From the NCBI RefSeq assembly GCF_038871235.1, contig NZ_JAVZIN010000001.1:86508-150507 (forward strand): DNA of 64,000 nucleotides, written 5' to 3'. The notes below the pieces were generated by a model that saw only the letters and a list, made by a program, of their open reading frames with translations, was not told where the DNA came from and ran no database searches. The DNA comes from Candidatus Hadarchaeum sp. Its GTDB lineage: Archaea > Hadarchaeota > Hadarchaeia > Hadarchaeales > Hadarchaeaceae. This document shows positions 10,157 to 19,308 of the stretch, piece after piece (positions within the stretch are counted from its first letter, which is position 1; every line of letters begins with the position of its first letter). Made by a program: the position numbers and the translations under genes.

Positions 10157-10834
10157 ATGGTAGATACTGCGCTCCTTTCGCTCGCTTTCGGAGCTGGCCT
10201 TGTCACCTTCTTTAACCCCTGTGCCTATGCCCTGCTTCCAGCATATGTCGCTTACCATTTCAGACGACGCGGAATTATCTCTATGCGGAAAAGTGTCGCC
10301 GAGGGAGCCAGTGTTGGTGCCGCGGTATCTTTCGGCTTCATCACCGTTTTTCTCATGACGGGCACACTGGTCTCACTGTTGGGCGTCCAAATCGGACCAT
10401 ACTCTCCCTGGGCGATGATCGCAGTTGGGGAATTCCTCATCGCGCTCGGTCTCCTCTGGCTGGCCGGAGTTAAGCTCTCCCTCTCTGTCTCACTCCCCGC
10501 GCCACTTCGCGGAGGTCTGCTGTCCTTCTTCATCTTTGGAGTCGGCTACGCCATTGCATCCACCGCTTGTGCCCTCCCGGTTTTTCTGATGGTGGTCTTC
10601 ACGGCGATAAGCTCGGGGGAACTCCTCTCGGGACTCTTAATCTTCTTGGCATATTCGCTAGGAATGGCCGTGCTGATGGTTCCACTGACGATAGCGGTTT
10701 CAACATCGAAAAATTTGATCCTGCATCGCTTTGAGCGGGTTATACCACAGGTGCGAAAAATAGGGTGGAGTAATCCTGATCCTCGCGGGAGCTTATCTCA
10801 TCTATCTTCAGAGCTGGATCCTTTTTTTAACTAA
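10157..10834 (+). CDS. ccdA: Cytochrome c biogenesis CcdA/DsbD-like membrane protein; C-terminus frameshifted
   Basis: FFNPCAYALLP and STACALP; extra G near 10763 diverts the last TM helix (GGVILILAGAYLIY). Confidence 0.8.
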   Translation: MVDTALLSLAFGAGLVTFFNPCAYALLPAYVAYHFRRRGIISMRKSVAEGASVGAAVSFGFITVFLMTGTLVSLLGVQIGPYSPWAMIAVGEFLIALGLLWLAGVKLSLSVSLPAPLRGGLLSFFIFGVGYAIASTACALPVFLMVVFTAISSGELLSGLLIFLAYSLGMAVLMVPLTIAVSTSKNLILHRFERVIPQVRKIGWSNPDPRGSLSHLSSELDPFFN

Positions 10835-10916
10835 AGTCAGTTCATGGCTGTCTGCGCTTCCAGCCCGGCCAATGTGATTTTACCGAGATGTCTTGGAATT
10901 TAATATCCAAAAGGTT

Positions 10917-10994
10917 TGGTGGGGCCGCCGAGATTTGAACTCGGGTCACCAGCACCCCAAGCTGAGAGGCTAGACCAAGCTACCCCACGGCCCC
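10917..10994 (-). tRNA. tRNA-Pro(GGG), CCA encoded
   Basis: GGGGCCG...CTCAGC-TTGGGGT-GCTGG...GTTCAAAT...CGGCCCCACCA cloverleaf. Confidence 0.95.
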
Positions 10995-11092
10995 CTAAGG
11001 ATTAACAACTTGGTATAAGAAAATGTTTTCTGCTGAACATCGCCCACAAAATCGCTGTTTTTGGTGCGTACATTACTTAGTGACGTGGATGC

Positions 11093-12097
11093 CTAGATGC
11101 TCTCAGCGACTGGTTCCTCTTCAGATATCACGAAGAGAAAATCACCTTTTTTAAGTCTAAATTCACCCTTTGGGTTTATGTTTATTTCACCGCCTCTTTC
11201 CACTGCCAGCAGGATGATGTCTTTCTCTCTACCAAATCTAACAAAGGTTTCCTTGAAACTTTTTCCGACGCAACTGTTGGGCAGTGGTATCCTATAGACC
11301 TCATCACCCTCCCCAAACGTTAAAAGCGAGGAGAACATCTTCGACAAGCCTGGGCTGACACACGACTGCAGAATCAAATACTCCCCAAATTTACTGGGAC
11401 AAATAACTTCATCGACCTTTGCCTTCGCTAGATGTCGCTCGTTCTCCGGGTCCAATATTTCCACACAGGTGTAAACATCCCTGTTCAGACTCTCCACCGT
11501 AAGCGTGGTGAGAATAGCTTGGGCATCGGGATTATCTGACTTTTCATCTGCCAAAATTATAGCGGCATAAGCAGACATGACGCCGGCTTTTCTCATGTCT
11601 TCGTCTTTGGTCGGGTCACCGGAAATAAAATGGATGTCTTCCTCAGGGAGCGGGTTCTTTGGCTCCTTGGAGAGGTAAACTATTTGACGCTTGGTCTTTA
11701 TGTCCGGTGACCTTAACTGAAGAATTATCCTTCGGGCTTTTTCCGGCGGGCCACATAAGATTATGTGGTTTTTAAACCCCTTGCCCTTCGTAATTGTCCC
11801 ACCCTTCATGATATAGCTAGCAACTGCAGCGATAAATATTGAGAGGACGGCTAGACCCTCAATGACGACCATCGTGCAAACGATGCGTCCGGCTGTTGTC
11901 GCTGGTACTATCTCAGCCCCGCTCACCAGATAGATGATTATGAACCAAAATGCCTCAAAGGGATCACTGGCCTCTGGATTGGCCTGACCCTCAAATATCC
12001 AAAACAGCATCGCTTGAACAAAAATTATAGCAGCCAGAATGGCGCCGACCTTCAGGGTTTTTATAACAGCTAGCTTAAACGACCTGCTAAAAACCAT
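11093..12097 (-). CDS. MthK-like 2TM channel with RCK (TrkA-N/C) domains; degenerate filter
   Basis: TM-pore-TM then NHIILCG, GDPT, ADEVI-like and TrkA-C INP motifs; filter region reads YLVSGAEIVP. Confidence 0.85.
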   Translation of the reverse strand: MVFSRSFKLAVIKTLKVGAILAAIIFVQAMLFWIFEGQANPEASDPFEAFWFIIIYLVSGAEIVPATTAGRIVCTMVVIEGLAVLSIFIAAVASYIMKGGTITKGKGFKNHIILCGPPEKARRIILQLRSPDIKTKRQIVYLSKEPKNPLPEEDIHFISGDPTKDEDMRKAGVMSAYAAIILADEKSDNPDAQAILTTLTVESLNRDVYTCVEILDPENERHLAKAKVDEVICPSKFGEYLILQSCVSPGLSKMFSSLLTFGEGDEVYRIPLPNSCVGKSFKETFVRFGREKDIILLAVERGGEININPKGEFRLKKGDFLFVISEEEPVAESI

Positions 12098-12199
12098 GCC
12101 CTGTCCCTAATATACCGTTTGCTACAATTTAAAACTATCTGCCGTGCCTTGCATCGTTTTACTTCAATAATTCACCGCTTTAAATTCTAGTATAACTAT

Positions 12200-13141
12200 T
12201 CACGTTTTTATCACGCGCAATATATTCTCATGCGTCTCGGCCGGTGGCGGCACGGTGTTGACCATGAAGACCTCCGATTTTTCTAGGAGCCTTTTGAAGA
12301 AGTTCTTTCGCAGCGCCATCTTCCTGGCGTCCCTGACCAGCTGGTGGGGGTTGCAGAAATCGTTGGCGAGCAGGTATTCCAGTCCCTCCTCGGGCGAAAT
12401 TCTGTAGACCCGTCTCTCATCTGTGCTATCCCGCTTCAACAGGATGATCTTCCTAATCGTGGTCATGGGGATCACGCCACCTGAACCAACTATCCACCTC
12501 ACGTTTACCACCGCTCGGCCCTTCTCGTCAAAGTGCGACCGTTCCACAAGCGGTAGATATTCACCCCAGATCTTGCCGATGTCGGCCTCGATGTAGCAGT
12601 TCTTCTCCGAGCCGAAGGCCAGATGCCCCCGGTCGAATAACCTCACGAAAAACCAGTCATCCGAGATCAGCCTTGCCTCAGGATGTCTGAGCAGCCCCCA
12701 GGAGTGCGTCGTCTTTCCCGTCCCAGAAGGCGCGATAATGCAAACACCGGTGCCACCAAAATCTATCGCCGCCCCGTGAACCGAGTAAATCCCGTGCTCA
12801 TCCTCGAGAACATCTCCGGCCACGGCCAGCGCGATGCTTTTCACCCACCCATAGTAGTTCACGTTGGTGAGAAAGGCGGTGTTGGTGTAAGGATCGTACT
12901 TGACGTTCAGTTCGCCACCTTTTTCCCTCAGCACGATAAGGCGGCCGTGGGAGCGGATGTTCTCATCCATCGTGTAAAAATTTTCCTCCCACCTGTCCTT
13001 GATCTCCTCAAGCTCGGTGAGCAATTTTATGCAGCAGCCGTAGATGTTGGCCTTCTTGGTGTAGAGGTAGCGGTGCAGGTTCTGGTTGAAAATTTCATCC
13101 TTTTCCTCAGGAGTGATCAGCTCAACATTATAAGGCGACAT
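12200..13141 (-). CDS. HprK/PEP-carboxykinase-like P-loop kinase
   Basis: SVHGAAI, APSGTGKTT, LISDDW, GSEKNCY; ATG at 13141 with GGAG RBS. Confidence 0.75.
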   Translation of the reverse strand: MSPYNVELITPEEKDEIFNQNLHRYLYTKKANIYGCCIKLLTELEEIKDRWEENFYTMDENIRSHGRLIVLREKGGELNVKYDPYTNTAFLTNVNYYGWVKSIALAVAGDVLEDEHGIYSVHGAAIDFGGTGVCIIAPSGTGKTTHSWGLLRHPEARLISDDWFFVRLFDRGHLAFGSEKNCYIEADIGKIWGEYLPLVERSHFDEKGRAVVNVRWIVGSGGVIPMTTIRKIILLKRDSTDERRVYRISPEEGLEYLLANDFCNPHQLVRDARKMALRKNFFKRLLEKSEVFMVNTVPPPAETHENILRVIKT

Positions 13142-13158
13142 CGCTCCCTCTCCATTGT

Positions 13159-14448
13159 TCACTTCGGTCTGGTGTATCCCCAGGTTTCCAGAGCCCGCCT
13201 TAGCTCCTGGTGCGTCTTGGCATACTCGCTCAATGGGATCCCATCCATGGTGGCCTCAATCGCCTGCCGGAGCGCCCTAGCTCCAGCACGGCCACCATCA
13301 GGATGGCCCCAAATGCCGCCTCCGATCTGGATGAGGATGTCGTGACTCAAAAGCCTCATAACCTGTGGGACAAGGCCCGGATGAAGTCCACCGGAGCTGA
13401 CTGGAAAGATCGGCCTGAGCCCGCACCAGTCCTGTGGCAAGAATCCATCAGATTCTTTTACCCGATCGCTGGTGATTGTTTCTTTGAGCGCGAGCACCTC
13501 TTCCTTGGGTGACTCCAGCTTACCCACCACTGTACCTACATGAAGCTGGTCAACGCCCTGCAACCTAGCTATCTTGGCGACCACGCGCATAGACATGCCG
13601 TGTTTCGGGTTCCTCGTGAAGGCCGCGTGGAAGGCCCTGTGGGCGTGGATGGCTAGGCCTAGCCGCTCACACTCCTCTCGCAACGTCTGCACCGCCGCCC
13701 AGCCGACTGTGAGGATATCAACCATCACGTATTCGCCGCCGAGGCTCTTCACCATCCTAGCGCGCCTCAGCATTTCCCGGGTCTCGGCAGTAACGTTAAT
13801 GAGATAGCTCTTTCTTTCACCGGTTTCCTTCTCTGCCTTATTCCTCATCTTGAAAGAAAGCCTAGCCCTCCTTTCAAACTGGTTGAAGGTCTGGCTGGAG
13901 AGATTCTCATCGTCCTTCAACAAGTCCAACCCGCCCGACCAAGCCTCGTAACCAGCCTCGGCGTGCTCCTCGCTACTCATTCCAACCTTGGGCTTGGGCA
14001 CCGAAACCGTCAGCGGTCTATCCTTAACTCCAAAGATACTTCTGATTCCTGAAATGCCGAACTGCGGCCCGGGAAATGATTTCACCAACGATGGCGGAAA
14101 ACTGACGTCCTCCAGCCTGAGGTTTTTGATGGCCTTCATACCAAAGATGTTGCCCGCGATGGAGCTGAGCACCTGCGGCATGTTACCTAGTTCGAAAAGC
14201 TCAGAGGGGTAGGCGACCTTGACCCAAGGCTTGTTGATGTCGAAGGCCTTGGCCATAAGCCTCCTCCTCTCAGGAGTCATCGTCGTCAGCTTGGTCCAGG
14301 TCCCTATCGAGCTCTCAGAAGCCACCCTGCCCACTGCCTCAGGCATGCTGATGCCTTTAGCCGGCTCGACTCTAAAGAGGGCGACGAGCTCATCGCCAGA
14401 GGGCCGGTAGTCGAGGTCAACAAAGTCCAGATACCACTCGGTGCTCAT
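13159..14448 (-). CDS. rbcL: Ribulose-1,5-bisphosphate carboxylase, form III large subunit
   Basis: ASESSIGTWT, KPKVG, GLDLLKDDE, HAHRAFH, VVGKLE, SSGGLHPG, GGGIWGHPDG. Confidence 0.96.
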   Translation of the reverse strand: MSTEWYLDFVDLDYRPSGDELVALFRVEPAKGISMPEAVGRVASESSIGTWTKLTTMTPERRRLMAKAFDINKPWVKVAYPSELFELGNMPQVLSSIAGNIFGMKAIKNLRLEDVSFPPSLVKSFPGPQFGISGIRSIFGVKDRPLTVSVPKPKVGMSSEEHAEAGYEAWSGGLDLLKDDENLSSQTFNQFERRARLSFKMRNKAEKETGERKSYLINVTAETREMLRRARMVKSLGGEYVMVDILTVGWAAVQTLREECERLGLAIHAHRAFHAAFTRNPKHGMSMRVVAKIARLQGVDQLHVGTVVGKLESPKEEVLALKETITSDRVKESDGFLPQDWCGLRPIFPVSSGGLHPGLVPQVMRLLSHDILIQIGGGIWGHPDGGRAGARALRQAIEATMDGIPLSEYAKTHQELRRALETWGYTRPK

Positions 14449-14487
14449 GTGTTTAAATTGATCCTTTGCGGCTAAAAAGCTGTTTGA

Positions 14488-14682
14488 CTACTTCTTGAAC
14501 TTGGCGATTTCTTCGGTGAAATCGACGCTAGTGATAACCGCCGTCCTGCAGCAATAGCGCTTCAACCCTAAGTCATCCAACACTCGGGCGGGTTCCTCGC
14601 CCTTCTTGACCCGCTCCTCGAAAATGTCGTATTTATCGGCGAGGAGCTTGCCGCAGGTGAAACAGCGCACAGGTCTCATCAC
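14488..14682 (-). CDS. rpoN: RNA polymerase subunit N (Rpo10)
   Basis: PVRCFTCGK...RYCCR. Confidence 0.97.
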   Translation of the reverse strand: MMRPVRCFTCGKLLADKYDIFEERVKKGEEPARVLDDLGLKRYCCRTAVITSVDFTEEIAKFKK

Positions 14683-14688
14683 AACACC

Positions 14689-15090
14689 TCAACGATAGCT
14701 CTTCTGGAACTTGGCCCTAGCCCCCGGGCCTCCCGGCTTCTTCGTCTCCTTGAACCTAACATCGCTCTTGATCAGTGTCCAGTCATGGCGCCTGAATAAC
14801 TCGCGAATTTTGGGATCCTTGGACCACTCAAAAAGCCCCCGGGCAATCGCCGTGCGGGCGGCCTCGGCCTGTCCCATGAACCCACCACCCTTCACCTCAA
14901 TTTTTATGTCCACAGTCTTGGCGAGTTCCGGAACCAGCTGCAGCGGCTCCATGATCTTCAGGCGGGCCAGCTCCGGCTCATAGGCCTCTAGTGCCCGATT
15001 GTTCACAATAACTTTTCCCTTACCAGGTGTGATCTTCACCTTAGCCAGCGACGCCTTCCTTCTCCCGATGGCAATAACCGGCTTCATCAA
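14689..15090 (-). CDS. rps9: 30S ribosomal protein uS9
   Basis: GRRK, GGGFMGQAEA, GPGARAKFQKSYR. Confidence 0.97.
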   Translation of the reverse strand: MMKPVIAIGRRKASLAKVKITPGKGKVIVNNRALEAYEPELARLKIMEPLQLVPELAKTVDIKIEVKGGGFMGQAEAARTAIARGLFEWSKDPKIRELFRRHDWTLIKSDVRFKETKKPGGPGARAKFQKSYR

Positions 15091-15515
15091 AACCTACCGC
15101 CCAACAACTTGCTCAGCTCGCCAACCCTTATAAAGCGTCTGGTACCGAGGTCCGCCAAACTGGCTCGCGGCACCTTAGCGGTCTCCTTCCCGGTGAACTC
15201 CTCCGGCACCCCAACAAAAACACGAAGGCGACGAAAGGCTTCCCTGCCTTTGGGCTTATCGTACGGTAACATGCCCCTGACTGCGCGTCTTACGATGTCC
15301 TCAGGTCGTTTGGGGTGTTGAGGTCCTTTTCTTGGGTTGGCGACGTTCCTCGTTTCCAGCCACGCCCGGTAGGACTCCAGAGTAGCGTCTTTCCTTCCTG
15401 AGATAACCACCTGTTCCGCGTTCAGCACGACGACCTTCTCACCCTCCAGCAACCTCTTGGCTGCGAAACTCGCCAGCCTGCCCAGAACCAAGTCCTTTCC
15501 GTCAACGATAATCAT
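15087..15515 (-). CDS. rpl13: 50S ribosomal protein uL13
   Basis: LGRLAS, VRGMLP, RLRVFVGVP. Confidence 0.97.
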   Translation of the reverse strand: MIIVDGKDLVLGRLASFAAKRLLEGEKVVVLNAEQVVISGRKDATLESYRAWLETRNVANPRKGPQHPKRPEDIVRRAVRGMLPYDKPKGREAFRRLRVFVGVPEEFTGKETAKVPRASLADLGTRRFIRVGELSKLLGGRF

Positions 15516-15519
15516 GATA

Positions 15520-15885
15520 TCACTCCATCAACTTCACACCTTTGCCCACCGGGTTCTGCTCCAGCAGCTGTTGCAGGGTCATGGGGGTGCCACCTGCCGC
15601 CAAGATCTTGCGCTTCGCCGGGGCTGAGAACGCCAGCGCCGCGACCTTGACGGGATGATCCAACCTTCCCGCCGACAAAACCTTGCCAGGAACTGCAACG
15701 AAGCTTCCGTTTTCAGTATAGCGATTGATCTGGCTGAGGTTGACCTCGGCGCGAGACCTCCGAGGTCGCTCCAATCGCTCGGCCAGATCCAGCCAGATCT
15801 TCGCCTTCTGCTTTTTACCCTGCTCGCGAAGTAGTCGCAACAGCTTCCTTACTTGGGGGTTGGTCGGTCCCGTGGGCTTAGGCAT
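15520..15885 (-). CDS. rpl18e: 50S ribosomal protein eL18
   Basis: TNP, EVNLSQINR, VPGKVLSAG, FS..AK.KI..AGG. Confidence 0.97.
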   Translation of the reverse strand: MPKPTGPTNPQVRKLLRLLREQGKKQKAKIWLDLAERLERPRRSRAEVNLSQINRYTENGSFVAVPGKVLSAGRLDHPVKVAALAFSAPAKRKILAAGGTPMTLQQLLEQNPVGKGVKLME

Positions 15886-16003
15886 AGTATCAGCTTCACA
15901 AACTTATCCACTCACCCCAAATAAATGCTACGGTTGAGGACAATAACCTCGAACTCACCTGCCCGCAATCCAGCAGCTGGCCATAGAAAGGAACGACTTT
16001 GTA

Positions 16004-16243
16004 TCACTGCTCAGTTTTCTCGGCTGGGGCACCACCCGTTTCCGCAGGGCTGGGCTCAACCGGTCTTCTCTTCTCCAGCTCACCGGCTAGATTCAGGGCA
16101 CCGACGACGATCAGGTAAATACCCACCAGCCAGGAGATCAGCGCGGGAAAGGCGATGATCAGGGCACCGAAGATTATCATCAAAATCGCTGCCGCCATCC
16201 CGTGGATGCCAACTTTTTTAAGAAGCTTTTCCGGCGTTTCCAT
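16004..16243 (-). CDS. Small 2-TM membrane protein (DUF3096-like)
   Basis: ILMIIFGALIIAFPALISWLVGIYLIVVG; GGAGGTGA RBS. Confidence 0.7.
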   Translation of the reverse strand: METPEKLLKKVGIHGMAAAILMIIFGALIIAFPALISWLVGIYLIVVGALNLAGELEKRRPVEPSPAETGGAPAEKTEQ

Positions 16244-16314
16244 CTCCCTTCACCTCCGATATTTTTCTCTTTCTCTCCTGCAAAAAAGCTTCTGGTCTTC
16301 TCCGATGACCAAAC

Positions 16315-16402
16315 TGGTGCAGGGGGTGGGATTTGAACCCACGAAGGCCTTAGCCACAGGGTTCTAAGCCCTGCTCCTTAGACCTAGCTCGGATACCCCT
16401 GC
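16315..16402 (-). tRNA. tRNA-Leu(TAG), CCA encoded
   Basis: GCAGGGG...CAGGG-CTTAGAA-CCCTG, long variable arm, GTTCAAAT, CCCCTGCACCA. Confidence 0.95.
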
Positions 16403-16450
16403 CCGTGAGAATCTATTCCTCACTGAATTAAACTTATTTTGTTGAGCTGA

Positions 16451-16639
16451 TTATCTCCAATAATCGCGCTGGGCCATCCTCTCATAGCGTGACTGCTTTT
16501 TGCCCTCCTTGTAGCAGCTCCGGCAGTAGCTCTTTCCCAAGGTTTTCTTGGCGCACTGGCGATGCATCTCAGCACCGCATCGGGCGCACTTCACCGTGGC
16601 TTTTTCCAGCGGTTTTCCGCAAACAGCGCAGCTGGGCAT
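16451..16639 (-). CDS. Small Cys-rich zinc-finger protein
   Basis: CAVC..CARC...H..C...CRSC. Confidence 0.7.
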   Translation of the reverse strand: MPSCAVCGKPLEKATVKCARCGAEMHRQCAKKTLGKSYCRSCYKEGKKQSRYERMAQRDYWR

Positions 16640-16693
16640 GACTTCACCAACCAAAACGGCAGGTCCCGCCCATATAAATCATGGGTCTAAGAT

Positions 16694-16993
16694 TTACCTG
16701 ATGGGAATTCTCTTGGTCTTTATCGGCTTCAGCAGCGGGGCAACTATCTCCAGCAGCCCCTCGACATCGTAGTACTTGGTCTTGACTTTGTTCGGGTCAA
16801 CGGGGACATCAAGGGAACGGCAGGTGGCGAAGACGAGATCATCCCTCTGAGCCTTGATACAGAATCCATTCTTGGAAAAGTTCAGCTCGATGTTCTCCTT
16901 TTTCACCTGTGGCAACCTGACGTGGATTTCGTATTTTTTTCCCGAATGGTAGTGTGCGCAGACCTCGGGAGCAACCAAAGGTCGTTTTACCAA
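16694..16993 (-). CDS. Hsp20/alpha-crystallin family protein
   Basis: LPQVKKENIEL, VDPNKVKTKY, GLLEIVAP. Confidence 0.8.
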   Translation of the reverse strand: MVKRPLVAPEVCAHYHSGKKYEIHVRLPQVKKENIELNFSKNGFCIKAQRDDLVFATCRSLDVPVDPNKVKTKYYDVEGLLEIVAPLLKPIKTKRIPIR

Positions 16994-17056
16994 CTATTCA
17001 CCTATAAACAATCCGAGTCGATGTTTTTATCTTTTTTTGCCCATCGCAAGGAGCGG

Positions 17057-18286
17057 CTACGAGAGCGGCGGCCTAGTGCCCAGCTCAACGGAGACATTAA
17101 TGGTGGTGTTGCTCCTGACTACCGTGAATTTAACCACCTGCCCCGGGGTGGTGTTTTCCTCAAGGTAGCTCATCAGATCATCAAGGGTAATTATGCGGTG
17201 CCCGTCGACGGCTATCAGGATGTCGCCCCCGATAGTCACCACAGCACCAGTTGAAGTCAAGTACTGCTTGGTGCCACCGCGCAGGCCCGCCTTATCAGCA
17301 GGGCCTCCAGGGACTACCGAGACGACCAGCCAACCGTAGGTCACGTCGGTGTTCATGGCTCGGGCAATCTCGTAGTCCATGTCGCGCCCCAAAATGCCAA
17401 GCCAGGGATGTTTGTTGTAGGTGCCTGTTTTTACCAGCGCCTCTATCTCGCGCAGAATTGTGTTTGAGGGAACGGCGAAACCCAAGCCCTGGGAATCGGC
17501 GACAATCGCGGTGGTGATTCCAACTACCTGACCAAGAACGTTCAGCAGCGGCCCGCCTGAATTGCCGGGATTTATTGGTGCGCTGGTCTGGATGATGTTC
17601 GCGATTGAGTAGTTTCCAATGGTTGACTCCTGTATTGTGCGACCGAGCTGGCTCACTATCCCCACCGTCATCGAGCCGGTGAGGCCGTAGGGGTTGCCCA
17701 CCGCCACCACCGTATCACCGACCTTCAACGTGGACGAGCTGACGATCTCCAGCGTCTTGATTTCATGGCTGGGGACGCTGAGGGAAAGCACGGCGAGGTC
17801 TGCATATGGATCCGAGCCGAGCAGCGTGGCGGGATAGGCGTTGCCGTTTCTGAGCGTCACCACTATCTCGCTGGCACCGCTGACCACGTGGTAGTTGGTC
17901 ACTATCACTGGCTGGCCCTCAAAATTATACCAGAAACCAGAGCCCTGAGCCACCCTACCAGAAAGTGTGGAGCGAATCACGACGACGGCGTCCTTGACCT
18001 TTTCATATAAGTCAGGGAGAGAAAAATTCTCCTGCACCACGTGAATGACATTTTCCCTCGCCAGCCCAGAGATCTGGTCGCTGATTGACGAAATTTTGTT
18101 TTCCAGCGCTAAGAGCTGCTCCTCAAGTGAAGACACCTGGCCTTGGAGGTTTTTAACCTCCTGCCAGGTTATCATGTAACCGGCCACTGCACCGGCAAAA
18201 ATGCCGACCGCCAGCACCAAAACGACCAACCCAACCAGCAGCCGGCCTGAGTAGCGGCCTCGGCGTCTCGGCAAACCATTCACCAA
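17057..18286 (-). CDS. HtrA/DegP-like membrane-anchored serine protease with PDZ domain
   Basis: TM plus coiled coil, GSGF, VTNYHVV, DLAVL, INPGNSGGPL, PDZ GGPADKAGL. Confidence 0.93.
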   Translation of the reverse strand: MVNGLPRRRGRYSGRLLVGLVVLVLAVGIFAGAVAGYMITWQEVKNLQGQVSSLEEQLLALENKISSISDQISGLARENVIHVVQENFSLPDLYEKVKDAVVVIRSTLSGRVAQGSGFWYNFEGQPVIVTNYHVVSGASEIVVTLRNGNAYPATLLGSDPYADLAVLSLSVPSHEIKTLEIVSSSTLKVGDTVVAVGNPYGLTGSMTVGIVSQLGRTIQESTIGNYSIANIIQTSAPINPGNSGGPLLNVLGQVVGITTAIVADSQGLGFAVPSNTILREIEALVKTGTYNKHPWLGILGRDMDYEIARAMNTDVTYGWLVVSVVPGGPADKAGLRGGTKQYLTSTGAVVTIGGDILIAVDGHRIITLDDLMSYLEENTTPGQVVKFTVVRSNTTINVSVELGTRPPLS

Positions 18287-18344
18287 AACCCAATTTCGCT
18301 GCGATTTGTTTTAACCCTTATCATCTAGCGATCGTGGGTTGTTT

Positions 18345-19172
18345 TTACCTCATGAGCATGGCGCCGTTTGCTACCCATGCCGCCCAGAGAACCGCGATCA
18401 AAATGGCTAGGGCCAGAAGATAAATTGCGATTAAAACGGCCTTTCTCTTCCAGCCCGTGGATAAAAGTCCACCGAAGAATCTCCTCAGTCGATGTGGAAC
18501 GAATGGAAGTAGAAAGGGAACCCGCCGTTGATATTCCAAGTACGCCTGGCCAAACTTTTCCTTGAGCCTCCCCTCCTCATCCTCGGCTAAGATTGCGTGG
18601 AGGAAGACTAGGTTGGCCCAAGCAATGAAATCAATTGGCCTCAGGCCGTAAAGCACAAAGCCAAGGGCCAAGATGTTGACGCCCAGATATTGCGGATGTC
18701 TGACCAGCGAATACAGTCCAGCTGTCACCAGCCCGCCACCGCGAATTTTTGACCTGATGATTTGAACAAGACCGACCACAAAAATTGCCAAGCCTAACAC
18801 GGTGAGGATTGGGGCGATAAGTTGGAACAGTTGCGGATCTGATGTTCGTCCTCTCACCAGCCAAGCGGTGGCCTCAGAGGAGAGCAGCGGGGCCCAGATT
18901 CCGTAGATGAGAGCAACCAGTCCACCGTAGATCAACGCCATGCCTACCGAGACCTGAAAGAGCGCTAGCAGGACTGGGGCGTAAAACGCCCACACCGCTC
19001 CGGCTCCGGCCCAGCTCAAAATTCGACGCTTCCATAGAACTCCTAACAAACCGATGGCGAGAAGCGCTACGACTAACAGTGCCGGAAGCAGCTGCGGAAC
19101 GCTGCCCATGATCCAGAAGACAGAAAAGAGCGTCAGGAGGATGATAACAGTTTGTGCAAGCGTTTTTCTCAT
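18345..19172 (-). CDS. Isoprenylcysteine carboxyl methyltransferase (ICMT/PEMT) family membrane protein
   Basis: LVTAGLYSLVRHPQYLG, EE..L..KFG..Y..Y..RVP. Confidence 0.85.
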   Translation of the reverse strand: MRKTLAQTVIILLTLFSVFWIMGSVPQLLPALLVVALLAIGLLGVLWKRRILSWAGAGAVWAFYAPVLLALFQVSVGMALIYGGLVALIYGIWAPLLSSEATAWLVRGRTSDPQLFQLIAPILTVLGLAIFVVGLVQIIRSKIRGGGLVTAGLYSLVRHPQYLGVNILALGFVLYGLRPIDFIAWANLVFLHAILAEDEEGRLKEKFGQAYLEYQRRVPFLLPFVPHRLRRFFGGLLSTGWKRKAVLIAIYLLALAILIAVLWAAWVANGAMLMR

Positions 19173-19308
19173 CTCAGACAGCCAATTAACTGACGTGGTT
19201 GAATAAATAAATTACATCATTCGTAAAAACCGAAGCTGAAATTCTCAACTAGAAAAACCAATTTAAATATTATTCAAAAATATCAGATTGAGTGCTCTTG
19301 GTGGATGT

